A stretch of DNA of 64,000 nt from Convolutriloba macropyga (taxonomy: Eukaryota), in NCBI RefSeq assembly GCF_964194025.1, contig NC_134472.1, forward strand, positions 3,534,001 through 3,598,000, written 5' to 3'. Position 1 is the first letter of the stretch. Each line of letters opens with the position of its first letter. The notes under the pieces are model-generated. The model made no database searches. It was given only the letters and a program-made list of their open reading frames with translations, and was not told where the DNA came from. Of this stretch, positions 21,820-33,203 are shown one piece after another. Position numbers and translations under genes: made by a program.

Positions 21820-22222
21820 TGTAGTATATCATTTTTACTGGTAGGTAAAGTGTCTAGATTAGCTTTATTTTGTGGTGTTTTGTCAAGCGGTCTATTTCTT
21901 CGGAGCAGGGTGGACGATTCTTATTTATGAGCTTTGAGTCAATGAAAACAGAGATAGTGATAGAATGTTCAATTTAGGCCAACTTGTTCTCTCTAGTGGC
22001 ATCTCTTGAGTGAGAGTGTATATTAATTCATCACAATAGATGCACATATCAAATACACAATTTGTTACATCCGTATTTACAATATCCGTATATGGCTTTA
22101 ACAAATATATACTGTGGCTTTAACAAATCATATATGGCTTTAACGAATACATCAATAATAAATACCAAAATAAATACCCAAATTTGGGCTGTTTATTAGA
22201 TACCCATTTATGGAGTATCACA
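21820..22222 (-). repeat. 5' LTR (403 bp)
   Basis: Direct repeat of 8430-8832, adjacent to the PBS. Confidence 0.97.
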
Positions 22223-23329
22223 GTTTTTAAGTTGTTAATATTAATTTTTTTCGAAAAATCATTTTCAAAGTCTTAACAGCCATTAGTTGGCCACTCAGAG
22301 CACTAGATAGGTTAACTCAATGCCACAAGATTTCAAAAAAATTTTAAATTTTTTTTGGATATTTTCGTATTATTGGTTCCTCTTGAAATCTTATAACGTT
22401 ATCCTGATATTGATAGCAGTCATTGGCTTAGAGAAGACGTTGAATGGGTCATAGATAAATTTTTCAGAGAAAAGCTGATGGATTAAATGGCTTCGACACT
22501 TTCTTCTCGCACTTTTCTAATGAATATTTGGTTTCTGCTTGTAATTGTTGTTGTTTTCATTGTCATTGACTTATTGTAATGTCTTATTGATGACTTGTGA
22601 TTGATAAACATCTTTTTCGTCCCATAGAGGCATGACTTAGCGCATTTATTAGCTTCCGTTCAAAGCTGGTGAACTTAATGGCTTTGACACTACGGGTTTT
22701 CTCAAAAATTTCGTCGTTTTTAATGTAGTTGTTTATATTTTGTCGGTTTTTTGGAGTCAAATTGTTAAAGAAAACGATATCCCATTGCTGTTAAACCATT
22801 AATTGAAAATAGAAGAGTTTTAACTGAAAGTATCATTTTTAACGGCTTCGACACTTTTCTCGCTCAATTTTTTTTTAATTTGCTGCACTTGCCTGTTTTT
22901 TATTCTTTAGGTAGCCGTAAAATGCTGACCGGTCTCGGAAGCCTGTAATTGAGGATCGAATGAATTTGTGTTACCCAAAGCAGTCCGTTTATAACGAAGT
23001 CTTAAAGTTTATGATATTACACAATTTCAATGATTTTTTTTAGTTTTTGTTGTTCTTTTCTTCAACTTGTAACTTATTCTCAACATTGAGAGTTACTATC
23101 CAATTCCTTGTATTTTAAAATTAACATTTTTTGATGTTCTGTCATATTTGATGTTCTGTTTGTTGGACAATATGCGTTTTCATAAAAAGTTTTGGAGAAG
23201 GTTCAATTGTGTTTCTTTTTCTCTTCCTTCAGCACATTCGCGTAATAACAGATCTCAGTGAATTTCAAATGTGGCCTAATTGAACTCAATTATTCTTTCA
23301 GTATAATTTCAGCTGGGTTAGTATAAATA

Positions 23330-23422
23330 CAACTTGAAATACACATACATAATATTCGGATAATAGATAATGATTCAAAATCATTAGCTATTATCTGAAT
23401 ATCATGTATTTATTTCAAGTTG
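23330..23422. repeat. 93-bp imperfect palindrome (small foldback/MITE)
   Basis: caacttgaaata..atacataatattcggataatagataatgatt pairs with aatcattagctattatctgaatatcatgtat.tatttcaagttg. Confidence 0.7.
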
Positions 23423-24058
23423 ACAATTGGTTTTAAAAATGTTGACATTTTTGCATTACGCCTCATTATTTTTTTCGACTTGTTACCTTGTTTTGTTAAG
23501 AAAAAATTCCATCTGCTGTGTAGTTAGGAAAAAGTAAATTTCTGTAGTTAGGGTTTTGTGTGATTGTAATTTGACGTTGTTACTAGGTGCTTTCGAATTT
23601 AGATTTTGATTTTTTGCTTTATTTGTTGTTGTTAATTGTCTCATAATCTTTTTAATGGCAGATCTCGCTGTAATGTGGCATGGCATTATGTATTTCAATT
23701 ATAAGTTTGGTTGTGTAACAATTTTTTAAACTCAAACATCTATTTTTGATTAGCTCTTCATTTGGTTGACAGTTAAGTCAAAAATGTAGATGAGCGCGGG
23801 TCGGAGCATCATGTGCGAAAGCACATTAACGAGCCCCCTTGTCCTCTTTTATTTTCAAACAGTGTTAGAAAGCTGAAAAGTTACTTATTTTGCCTACGGT
23901 GCTTTATTACGTACAGCATTTCAGAGCGAAACTAGAAAAATTATCTTCGGTAGGTAAAGATTTTAAGAGAAGCAAAACTTAAAAACCAAAATACTTCAGA
24001 GGAACAAAATAATAGCTTACATTAGTGCTATAAATATGTGCCACATCAATCATAATAG

Positions 24059-26581
24059 TTGTTTTGACTCCGCTTTATTGGTAGGGAGTAGCTATATACT
24101 CAAACGTGCTGTTTTTGTTCAGTCAATTTTCGCCAATCTATATATTCATTGTAGACATTTGTGATTGGTATTATTAGAAAACCCGTCCAGCGTAGACAAT
24201 ATAACAAAAGTATTTTTTATTTCGTTTTTTCGGTGATTTATTGAGTTTTAAATTTTTGTGAAAAACAGACCGATTTCCGATATTTTTGTCGATTTCCGAG
24301 CATTTTCCGTATAATTAACACGAAGTTTCGTTAATTTTTACAAAACTTGATAAAATTGTCAGCAACAGTGTTATTGGTTTTACCTCTTAAGATAGAGGAA
24401 AATTGTTGAATCGTTTTATCAGAGTTTTTTTGTTAAATTTTTACTCTAAAATAATTGAATTTCAAACTAATATGCTTTTAGCAGCAGTTTGTTTAAGTTT
24501 GCCAAATATGCTTTTAGCCCAGTTTGTTTAAGTTTGCCAAGTAGAATGCTGAAAACTGCTGACACAAGTTTTGGAAAATCCAAAAATGGCTGATTTTGCT
24601 TCTGAATCTTAAAAAATCTTCTAGAAATAAATGCTGCCCGTTTTCTGCTAATTAAATTCGACATGTATTCAAGAAGCATCCTTTATTTTTATCATATTGA
24701 AATATTTCATTTGCCAAACTATCTAATTCAAAAATAATTGGAATAAATAGGTGTTTCAGTTGGACGCAGTTATATCCGGGCACATTTGTTGAATCAAATG
24801 ATAATTTCTCTGTGCTTTAAATCTTTTGACTGATGTCTTTAGGGCGTAAAAAATGTGTTTTCAGAAGAATTTTCATGAGCTTTCTATACTGTTCAATATT
24901 TCATGTTTTTCGTCTTTCTCACATTGACCTTTTACAAAGAAGAGCTACTGATAGTCAAACGAGACCCAAATGACGGATTAAAACACTTTTATTTTATCAC
25001 AATTTTTAATGGTTTCTAAAATCTCATACATTTAATGGCTTCAATAATGTGGTTTCCAAAAATTGTTAAATTTTTAGTTCTCTCAGTATTCATTGTTTTT
25101 GTACCTTATGACTTGGTCTCAATAATAACACGCCTAATTGGATTCCTGCAAAGTTGCCAGTTAATGTGTTATTGTTTTTAATGTTTTTTTGAGCTTTGTC
25201 CTCCCTTTATCTTTTTGCTGTCATTATGTAATTCAGCTTAGTCTCTGTAACAGGGAGCCAATAATGACTGACATCCAAAAAAGACTTGATAAAGTCTTGA
25301 AGATACTTGACTTGATAGTTGTAGATTAACTGAATTGATAATTCTCAAGTAGTTTTAGTTGAGTAACTACTAATGTATTTCCCCTTTATATTGAAACTCT
25401 TTTCTTTTAGCGGAGTCTTTCCTCAACGGTTAGTCTAATTAACGATTATATTTCTTCTTTCTAAATAACTGCTAGCACAAGTTTTCTAGAAAATCCAAAA
25501 ATGGCTGAGTTTATTTCTGATTCCTAAAAAAGTCTTCTTGAAAAAAAGAAGCTACAAGATCTTAGAAGGAACGATACTAGTATTGGGGCCCATACTGTAT
25601 CTCTTTGACAATAGATAGAAGCTATTGTACAAGGTAAGTGAAACCGACTGTTAGGAAATAACATACGATTTATGTATAGGACGTAAACGCAGTATATACA
25701 TCAGAGATATAGAGTTTTTTATGGAATACTAACACAAGCAAAGGCAAAAACTAATTACATAAACCATTGTCTAAACCACAACTTAAAAGACAGGTCGTAT
25801 ACATTTTCTAGGAAGCCAAAATCCAACCAATGAATTTGGTTTTCATCTAATGATTTCTTGGTTCAGATATTACGCACTTTCATTTTAAAAAAGGTGCTAT
25901 TTTGGAGTTCTCCGAAATGTTGAGGTTGTTCCTTGTTTTCTTGCCACAAAAACACACTGATGGGGAGGTCCCATTGGCGCAATTGAACCTATTTATTGTT
26001 CCTAGTGTATACATTATCGTTTTAACGATTGTGATACCGTTTTTCTGCTAAATTATTTGATTTTTTTATTTGAAAATATATTGCCAGTTTTTGTCGTTCG
26101 TTTTGCAGTCGTACGACATAAGCTGAATAACGACAGGTCAGAATTGCTTCTTTAAGAGGTATAAAAAATAAGGTCAACAGGTATAAATGAATATTTAAAA
26201 CAATTTCAGTTGATACCTAATGGTTTTCATCACTTAAGAAAATGATGATCATCTAAAATGGAAACTTATTTTTAATCACTCATGCCACTCCATTCTGATT
26301 TTGTTATTTTGTTCTCTTTTAAATATATACATCGAATTTTGAATGTTATATTGTTTGTTTTTATTTGAATACCTTTGTTTTGTCTTGTAATCTAATTAAT
26401 GGCTGGTTTCATCGTTCCTCTAATGCGGTATTACTTTATTCATTTAGTTGTCATTTGAAAAATTTTTTTTTGAAAATGTTCTAACTCTTCATCATTTGGT
26501 AGACCAGAAAATGCAGAAGAACTGCAGACGAAGGGGGCCGGAACATTATGTGCAAACCCACATTACCGAGCCTCCTTGTTT
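24059..26581 (+). mobile_element. HINE (Helentron-like) copy B, about 2.5 kb
   Basis: 5' block ctatatactcaaa...cgtccagcgtaga is shared with copies A and C. 3' end reads GGGGCCGGAACATTATGTGCAAACCCACATTACCGAGCCTCCTTGTTT. Confidence 0.6.
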
Positions 26582-29355
26582 GAAATCTATAATTCGCCAA
26601 AATAAATTCAATAAATCTCTGCCTCCCTGTTTCAGCTTTAATATAAAGAGTTTATAATGATATACGTGGGCGTGTTACTAGCTGAATCAAAGATTATGAA
26701 CGGCTAGATCCAGCAAAATTTTAGAGAATTTTTTCTTGAAATTTTCCGCTCTTACCTCGCAAACTTTAAATCGATGTTACAGAAAAATGCGCGGCCTAAT
26801 TTCAACGTAAAAAGAACAAAATAATTTTATATATTTCGACAAGAAATTTTCGACAATTACCAGTTAAAGATTTTAAAATCTTCAATATGTTACATCAGGT
26901 CCCCTAAATTTTTCTTCTGTACTCTGGATGCATGCAGTTAAGGGGCTGGATTATAACAGGAAAATCAACAGATGCTCTCATCAGTTGAAAAAACTTACAA
27001 TCGGCAAAAAAATTCAGAAAATACAGGACAAATTTAGACCAAACATAATCTCCATTCAAAAACATTACGCATTTAAACTTCAGATATACAAAAGTCGTAC
27101 CACAGAAATCATAGCTGTCGCAGTCCAAAAATCATCAGAACTATTTTTTTCGCTGGAAAATTGAAGTTAAACAGTAGCAGATTCGGAGTCTCTTTTAGAA
27201 CATTTATTTTAAACATATCCGCAAAACATATCAATGTTTAAACATTTCTGATACGAAATTGTCATTACTGCAAAAATTTTTCAAAATAGGGAAATATATA
27301 TGCAAGGCCGGCTTTGTTTTTCAGTCAAACTTTCAATTTTTGTTTACACATCGTAGACAAAAAAGAAACACTATTTTGTAGTCATTAGAGATCAGTTGTA
27401 ATTGTTATTAAAAAATTACTAATATTTATGCAGCGGGAAACAGGGGAGTGTTTTCAAACAATTGAAAGGAAGACAAAAGCAAAAATTGTGAAAAAACAAT
27501 TTTTGGAAAAAGTGGGCGTTGAGGATGATGTTACCTTTAATCAACATAATTTCTTAAAAAACCTGCAATGAAACTGTAAATTGATAGATATTTATTCGAT
27601 TTTACACACTTGTTTGAGATCAAAACAAAGAGTAGATTTCCTTTAAAAATTAAGTGTTAAAAAGAAAATAAACTAAAAATAACTAATTAGCGTAGGCTTT
27701 TACATTTTATCGTTGTAATAAATTTTTGATTTAACTTAAATAAAACAACTTGATAGGATATGGGAATTGCAAGTTAAACAGACGACACGTTTTTAGAAAA
27801 AAAAACATTCAGTTTTCTTTTTCTTTGCTTTTGAATTAAAGAAGACAGATATCTTTTTTCTTCAAGATTTCAGCTTATTTAACAAAATTCTGTGTGCATC
27901 TACGCTAAACCTCAGGAACAACTCCCAAGTTTGTTCTGAAAATGGATTTCATCAAAATGTCGCCCAATAACCAAATTTGGGATAATTGAGACGAGAACAA
28001 CAGAAAGCAATGCAATGAAAAAGAAGGAAAATTTGGGTTTGTTTTAGATTCTATATTCTGTTGATTAATTCTGATTCTTTAGTTTGCTTTGAATTGTTTG
28101 CACTCCGTGGGCCTCCAGCTGACAATCCATTTCAGTAAACGAAAAAATAAGAAAAAGATAAGAAAAAGATAAGAGATCACTACTATATTTTTTTTTCTTT
28201 TAGCTAACAAATTTTTTTGTAATTTTGCGCAAACTGATGCTGTGCATTGTAAAGATTTCGCATTGTAGCCCTCCCTCAGTTTTTGTGTTTATTTGACATA
28301 GAACAACAGGCTTGGTTCTTCAGGGTCATTCAAAATTCAAGAAGTATTGCCATTAAGAAAACATCCCAATTTTTTTTTTTGAACCTCCCTAATTCAAACT
28401 TGAATTGACTTTGATATTTGTGCAATTAGCTGTCCGCTTTAGTGAGATTTGTACAGGAGTCCTTTTTATATTTTCATTACAAAAATAAAAAAGAAAAGGT
28501 TAAGTTTTTTTATTGAGGCAGATGAAGTTTTGTTTTTAATTTCAGCAACGTACTGGCCAAAATCAAGTCAAGTCCATCAATTACTTAAGGCTTCTATACA
28601 ATTATGATTAGGTGAACTGATCATATGTAGATCATATCACGAAGAACAGAAAAAAGCAGTCATTTGAGAAAAAATAAATGAAATTATCTTTACCAACATT
28701 GCAAGGGAGGAGGGGTGAATGAATGACGTGACTGCGAAAACATTTCATCAATTTTAATAAAACAAGCGTCGAATCGGGATTTTATTAATTTCTCATTTTA
28801 AAAACTGCTTCAAGGCTCCGGGCGCATGTTCGGAATTAAAAATGAACTGGAAACAGCATAACAGAAAGACCAAAATCAAAATTAACTCTTAAGAACTGCA
28901 AAAATTGAGCATGAAAATAGATGATATAAAGTAAAAGGAAAGAAATCATTTCTTCAGCTATTTTACAGAAACTGCATCAAATCATTATTACTTTTATTTT
29001 ACATTAAAAATCATTAAGGAAAAAACATTTTGATTTATTTCAGAACTTATTTTTTTCAAACCTCTAAATATTTACTCACAATAAGGATGAAATAATAATA
29101 CTTGCCAATTCCTCCATTTTTCCTTATTCAGGCTTGATTTACTAGAAAAAAATTCACTTTAAAAATAGCATAAGTTAATAGCATAAAAAGACTAATAATT
29201 ATCGAAAAAGAACACAATATTAATTAGCAAGAAAAATAAGTCATAAAAATGATGTTATGACAATACAATATTACGGTTTTTGTTCTAAGATAGGGGACGC
29301 GCGATAACTTCGCTTTAATCTCTAGTCTTCATTTCTATCTCAACAATGTCTCCTT

Positions 29356-30960
29356 TCAAACTCCAGTAAGGTCGGAGTCTATTCCAGATGCCCTCGGACG
29401 ACGTGGGATTTCCGGAGTGTTTCTCCCACCTGGCAGTGAAATAGTGTCAACTACTTTTTCCTTAGCAAGGATCTCTTTTTTGACAACAGCAGGTGAAGGA
29501 GTTAGAGATTGGGATGTCTGCCTATGTCGGTGGTAACTCTTCTTCAGAACCTCGATCTTCCACTCGGGCTGGAACCCTAGATGAATGTCATCTAGACCAT
29601 CGGCATTGAAACTGACAACCGTTTCGTCATCGGACGGGTTCGGAGGCGAACTGTAGCAAGCTTCTAGCAGTCGGACTTGTTTACCCACTACACTGAACGG
29701 CAGTGGAAGGCAGAACATTATAATTGGGTGCGCCACATCTTTCTGAGTCTGATGTGAAAAGTAGACACTATGTCTGACAATAATAGCTCGGCCTCTCATT
29801 GGAATCTCTTTGCCTCCGCGTTTTACCTCTGCCTGGTCGAAAGACTTGATGAACAAGTTGACGTAGTTGAGCGAAATTGTTTGTTTATTTGTCAAAAACG
29901 AGTTCTTCGAATGACCCGTTATCGCCGACATTAGATTACTGTAGTCATCTTGCCGGACACTTAGGGTAATAACGGGCTTTTGGTAGTTCTTGCCCTCGGC
30001 GTGCATAATTTTAGCAACGTCTGGCTTGGTGGAGTCGGATTTGCGTCTGTTTTTGCCCAGAGCTTTATTGAGTCGGTCATTGCTGAAGTCTCGCCTCGAG
30101 TTTGTTTTCATACTAACCGAATGGCCCAAATTGTAACTGGAGGCATTTCGTGCTCTCGGAGACTTTTTGCTCGGAATTTCCTCATAGGCGTTCATGTCAA
30201 GTTTGCTAGATCCCCTGCTCCGAGATCCGGTAGGATCCAATTCCGTCATCATCTCCAGGAAGGTCTGTTTGTTTGTTTCCAATCGAATCAATTGCTTCTG
30301 AACTGAGATTAGCCTCAAATTACCCTTGAATCTGCCCGGAATCATTTTGGAGTGTTCTTCTAAAAGTTTCTTGTTAGCTCTTTCCATGGTGAAAGCGTGG
30401 TAATTGACAGGGGGTTCCACTGTTTGATCTTTCGAAATTGTTCCTCGATACTTGTATGAATGCGAACTCGAAGGTGTGTCAGGTCTGTCTTCGTCAATTG
30501 GTCCAGCATAACTTAACATGGAGAGCGATAACATAGAGGATCCCTGCAAATGGTCCATTGACGACGCCGTCAAGTGCTGTTCGACCTCATCGGGTGACGT
30601 CATATTCGGGTACAAGTCCCGGATGTTAGACTTCCTACCCCTCGGAAGCGTCTTCGAGATAGGTCGGTCATCGTAATAATCGGGAATGAAGTCGAAGTCG
30701 TTCTCGGAAAGAGGCGAGGCTGGAGTGGCAACTTTTGAAGAATCACTTGTACCTCTTAGCAAGTTTAGTTTACTAGGACGGAATCCGCCATCGAACATTC
30801 CGGAGTCCCTTTGAGCTATTGACGTCATTGTTACTCCGCTCGGTTCCCCGACATAAATTCCCGACTGTCCGCCATTGAACAATGAAGAACTACCTTTAGT
30901 AGAGTCGGCAGTAGATATTTTTTTAGATTGTTTAAAACTTAAGCTAGAAAACATGGCCAT
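29356..30960 (-). CDS. Uncharacterised 534-aa protein in a single coding exon; Ser-rich N-terminus and possible globular (PH-like?) C-terminal domain
   Basis: Uninterrupted 1.6-kb ATG-TGA ORF with higher GC than its flanks and a natural amino-acid composition. No family recognised. Confidence 0.75.
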   Translation of the reverse strand: MAMFSSLSFKQSKKISTADSTKGSSSLFNGGQSGIYVGEPSGVTMTSIAQRDSGMFDGGFRPSKLNLLRGTSDSSKVATPASPLSENDFDFIPDYYDDRPISKTLPRGRKSNIRDLYPNMTSPDEVEQHLTASSMDHLQGSSMLSLSMLSYAGPIDEDRPDTPSSSHSYKYRGTISKDQTVEPPVNYHAFTMERANKKLLEEHSKMIPGRFKGNLRLISVQKQLIRLETNKQTFLEMMTELDPTGSRSRGSSKLDMNAYEEIPSKKSPRARNASSYNLGHSVSMKTNSRRDFSNDRLNKALGKNRRKSDSTKPDVAKIMHAEGKNYQKPVITLSVRQDDYSNLMSAITGHSKNSFLTNKQTISLNYVNLFIKSFDQAEVKRGGKEIPMRGRAIIVRHSVYFSHQTQKDVAHPIIMFCLPLPFSVVGKQVRLLEACYSSPPNPSDDETVVSFNADGLDDIHLGFQPEWKIEVLKKSYHRHRQTSQSLTPSPAVVKKEILAKEKVVDTISLPGGRNTPEIPRRPRASGIDSDLTGV

Positions 30961-33097
30961 GTCAGATCATTGAAAGCATAGAACAAGAAAGAGCATGATG
31001 TTTATTTCTTGCTAAATATTTACAATAGGTAAACAGTAAACCGAATCTATAAATGCTGCTATGCAAAGTTCAATTATTATTGTGGAACCGAAGTAGAAAC
31101 ACGACCACTGAAGAGAACGTGTTGTGCCATTCGAATCGATAATACCATATGATAAAGCTCAAAGTGCCCTCAGGCGGTGAAAATATTCAGATCAGAATAA
31201 GTCTAGACTCAGCGCAATATTTTTAACCCGACATTCATGCTGGCTTAGACTTAGTATACAACAGTCGAGCCAGAAATAAAACAAAACAGTCGAACAAGAT
31301 AAGGTACGTCGAATAGATTCCATATATGGTAAGAACAGAATCAAAACAGTATACTCTATCTCAAGGGTGCTCAACTTGAAGAGAAAAATTCAGGGTTAAT
31401 TTCGATGCAGTTGATGAAAATCAAAATATTAATATCACAAATTTAGGATTCAATACCTTAAAATATATTTCTAAAAACTTTTTCAGCAGAATCAGTCAAG
31501 GTACAGAAAAATATATTTTCCGTACGTATAGAGAACAAATTGCGTTCCAGATGTTGAAAAAATCCTTAGAGACAAAACTATTTCTGCACGCCACCTAAAA
31601 ATATCGATGTGGTTGGTCAATACATTCAAAATTTACTCAGCTTTTCTTTATTAAGCAAACTTAAAAGAAGTCTACTAAAAGCACGATGGCTCAAAGATGT
31701 TTTTGCGCACGCCCATCCACAAGCGATCGAATCAAAACAATGAGTAAATCAAAGTTTGAATAGCAAACTTGATAAATCTCTTCAAAAAAGAATTGGCGTG
31801 AGTATGAGCAGAGATATTTTTTTATCACATGAAAAAATCAATTAAAGTTGTTTGCTCGAACTGAAATTCTGACAAAAACTTATTCCTTCAGTGTGCTCAA
31901 AAAAAGAAAAATGGAACCCGCAGCTTAAAATTGCAAAAATATGACAACAGAAATGCTAACTTGAAAAATAAACAACTTATTACAGCATTTTCAACGTCCT
32001 TAACTAATCTGACCCAGAGAAAAGGGAAAAATATTTGGGTTCAAATTTTCCAATAAAAAGCAAACAATTTGTGGCTAAGATATTTAGATTTAAAAACAAC
32101 CAGAAGTAAGAATAGCTTCGTAAAATTCGAGCCTAAAATAGTCCAACTGGTTAAACTTGAACATAAAAGCTTCTCTCAGTGCCCGAAATTTGCCTTTACT
32201 AGGACAAAATTTCACAAACCTTGAACCTCGTCTACTTCTAAAAAATGAAGTTCAAAATTTCGTCTTTTCATAGTATTCTACGATTGACCGTCTTGAGAAT
32301 GACCCAACTTATATTCTCCTAAGATAAAAAATATTGATCAGCAAAAATTGGCTGAACAAAAAATAGCTCCCGTGTAAAATTCCGAACGTGCTTCAGAGGA
32401 AAACCTTTGCAGCAAAGCCGCTCAATAAAAGCTGTAAAATAAGGGAAAACCCCAATTAAAAAACGTCAATTCTACACCACCAGGTATATAGATGACAGCA
32501 ACGACAGTAAAAGATGTTGGAGCAAAAACAAATAAATGTCTTTACAAAATAACGTTAACGCCCACATGTAATGAAACATGAGTTTTAGTGATTATGCAGC
32601 AAATTAGAGCACATATATGCAGCACAACACTACATGGCACATTTACGCTTACACGACACTATTAGGCTTAAAAATATGAACAGCAATCCAAAAATTGAAA
32701 AATAAAAATTTTCAAGCAGACCAATCAGGTGTCTGGCTTAAATCTGGTTCACATTTCCGAAATAAGAAAAATATTTTCCCTAGAGCATAAATTTCTTTAT
32801 CTAAATCGATTTCCTTCGAGTTATCAAAATCGGAGGAAGATTATATAGTTCTTTCGGTATTTTCGGTGCATGTAATGCAAAACAGGACAAACACAGCTGT
32901 AACGCCAAGGACCCATTTTTGTTTAAAAAAACATAGCCGATAAAATACCGGAAACGACTCGAAGCTTCGTGAATTATAATCTTTCAGCTAACATTATCGA
33001 AATCATAACATCAAAACAGACACGAGAAAAAGGAAAACCGTAGCCCAATAAAACCCATTAAGAAGTGTTTTAGAAAATGCACACATTTTTCAGTTCT

Positions 33098-33203
33098 GGG
33101 TGTGGGTAGGTGGTGGGGGAAGATGGAGGGTTGAGGGTAGGTGTTGGAGGGGTGGGGTAGGTGGGGAGGGGGGAGGTAGGTAGGTGGGGGAGGTAGGTCG
33201 GGG
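33098..33203 (+). repeat. G-rich (GGGT/GGTA) tract with G-quadruplex potential
   Basis: More than 8 G runs of 3 or more within 106 bp in an AT-rich background. Confidence 0.6.

Larger units (their letters stand above)
8430..22222 (-). mobile_element. Full-length env-bearing Ty3/Gypsy LTR retrotransposon (endogenous retrovirus-like), 13,793 bp
   Basis: Two 403-bp LTRs with TG...CA ends, 5-bp TSD GTTTT (8425-8429 and 22223-22227), PBS, gag-pol in PR-RT-RH-IN order, and env. Confidence 0.97.
7418..23843 (+). mobile_element. Helentron/DINE-1-like non-autonomous element (HINE) copy A, interrupted by a MITE and the LTR element
   Basis: 5' end TTGTTCCGACCC...GGGAGAGGAACTATATACTCAAA at 7418. 3' end has the subterminal inverted copy GGGTCGGAGC (23798), hairpin ATGTG...CACAT and GAGCCCCCTTGT. 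The same ends occur on copies B, C and D. Length minus the LTR element is about 2.6 kb, like B and C. Confidence 0.6.
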
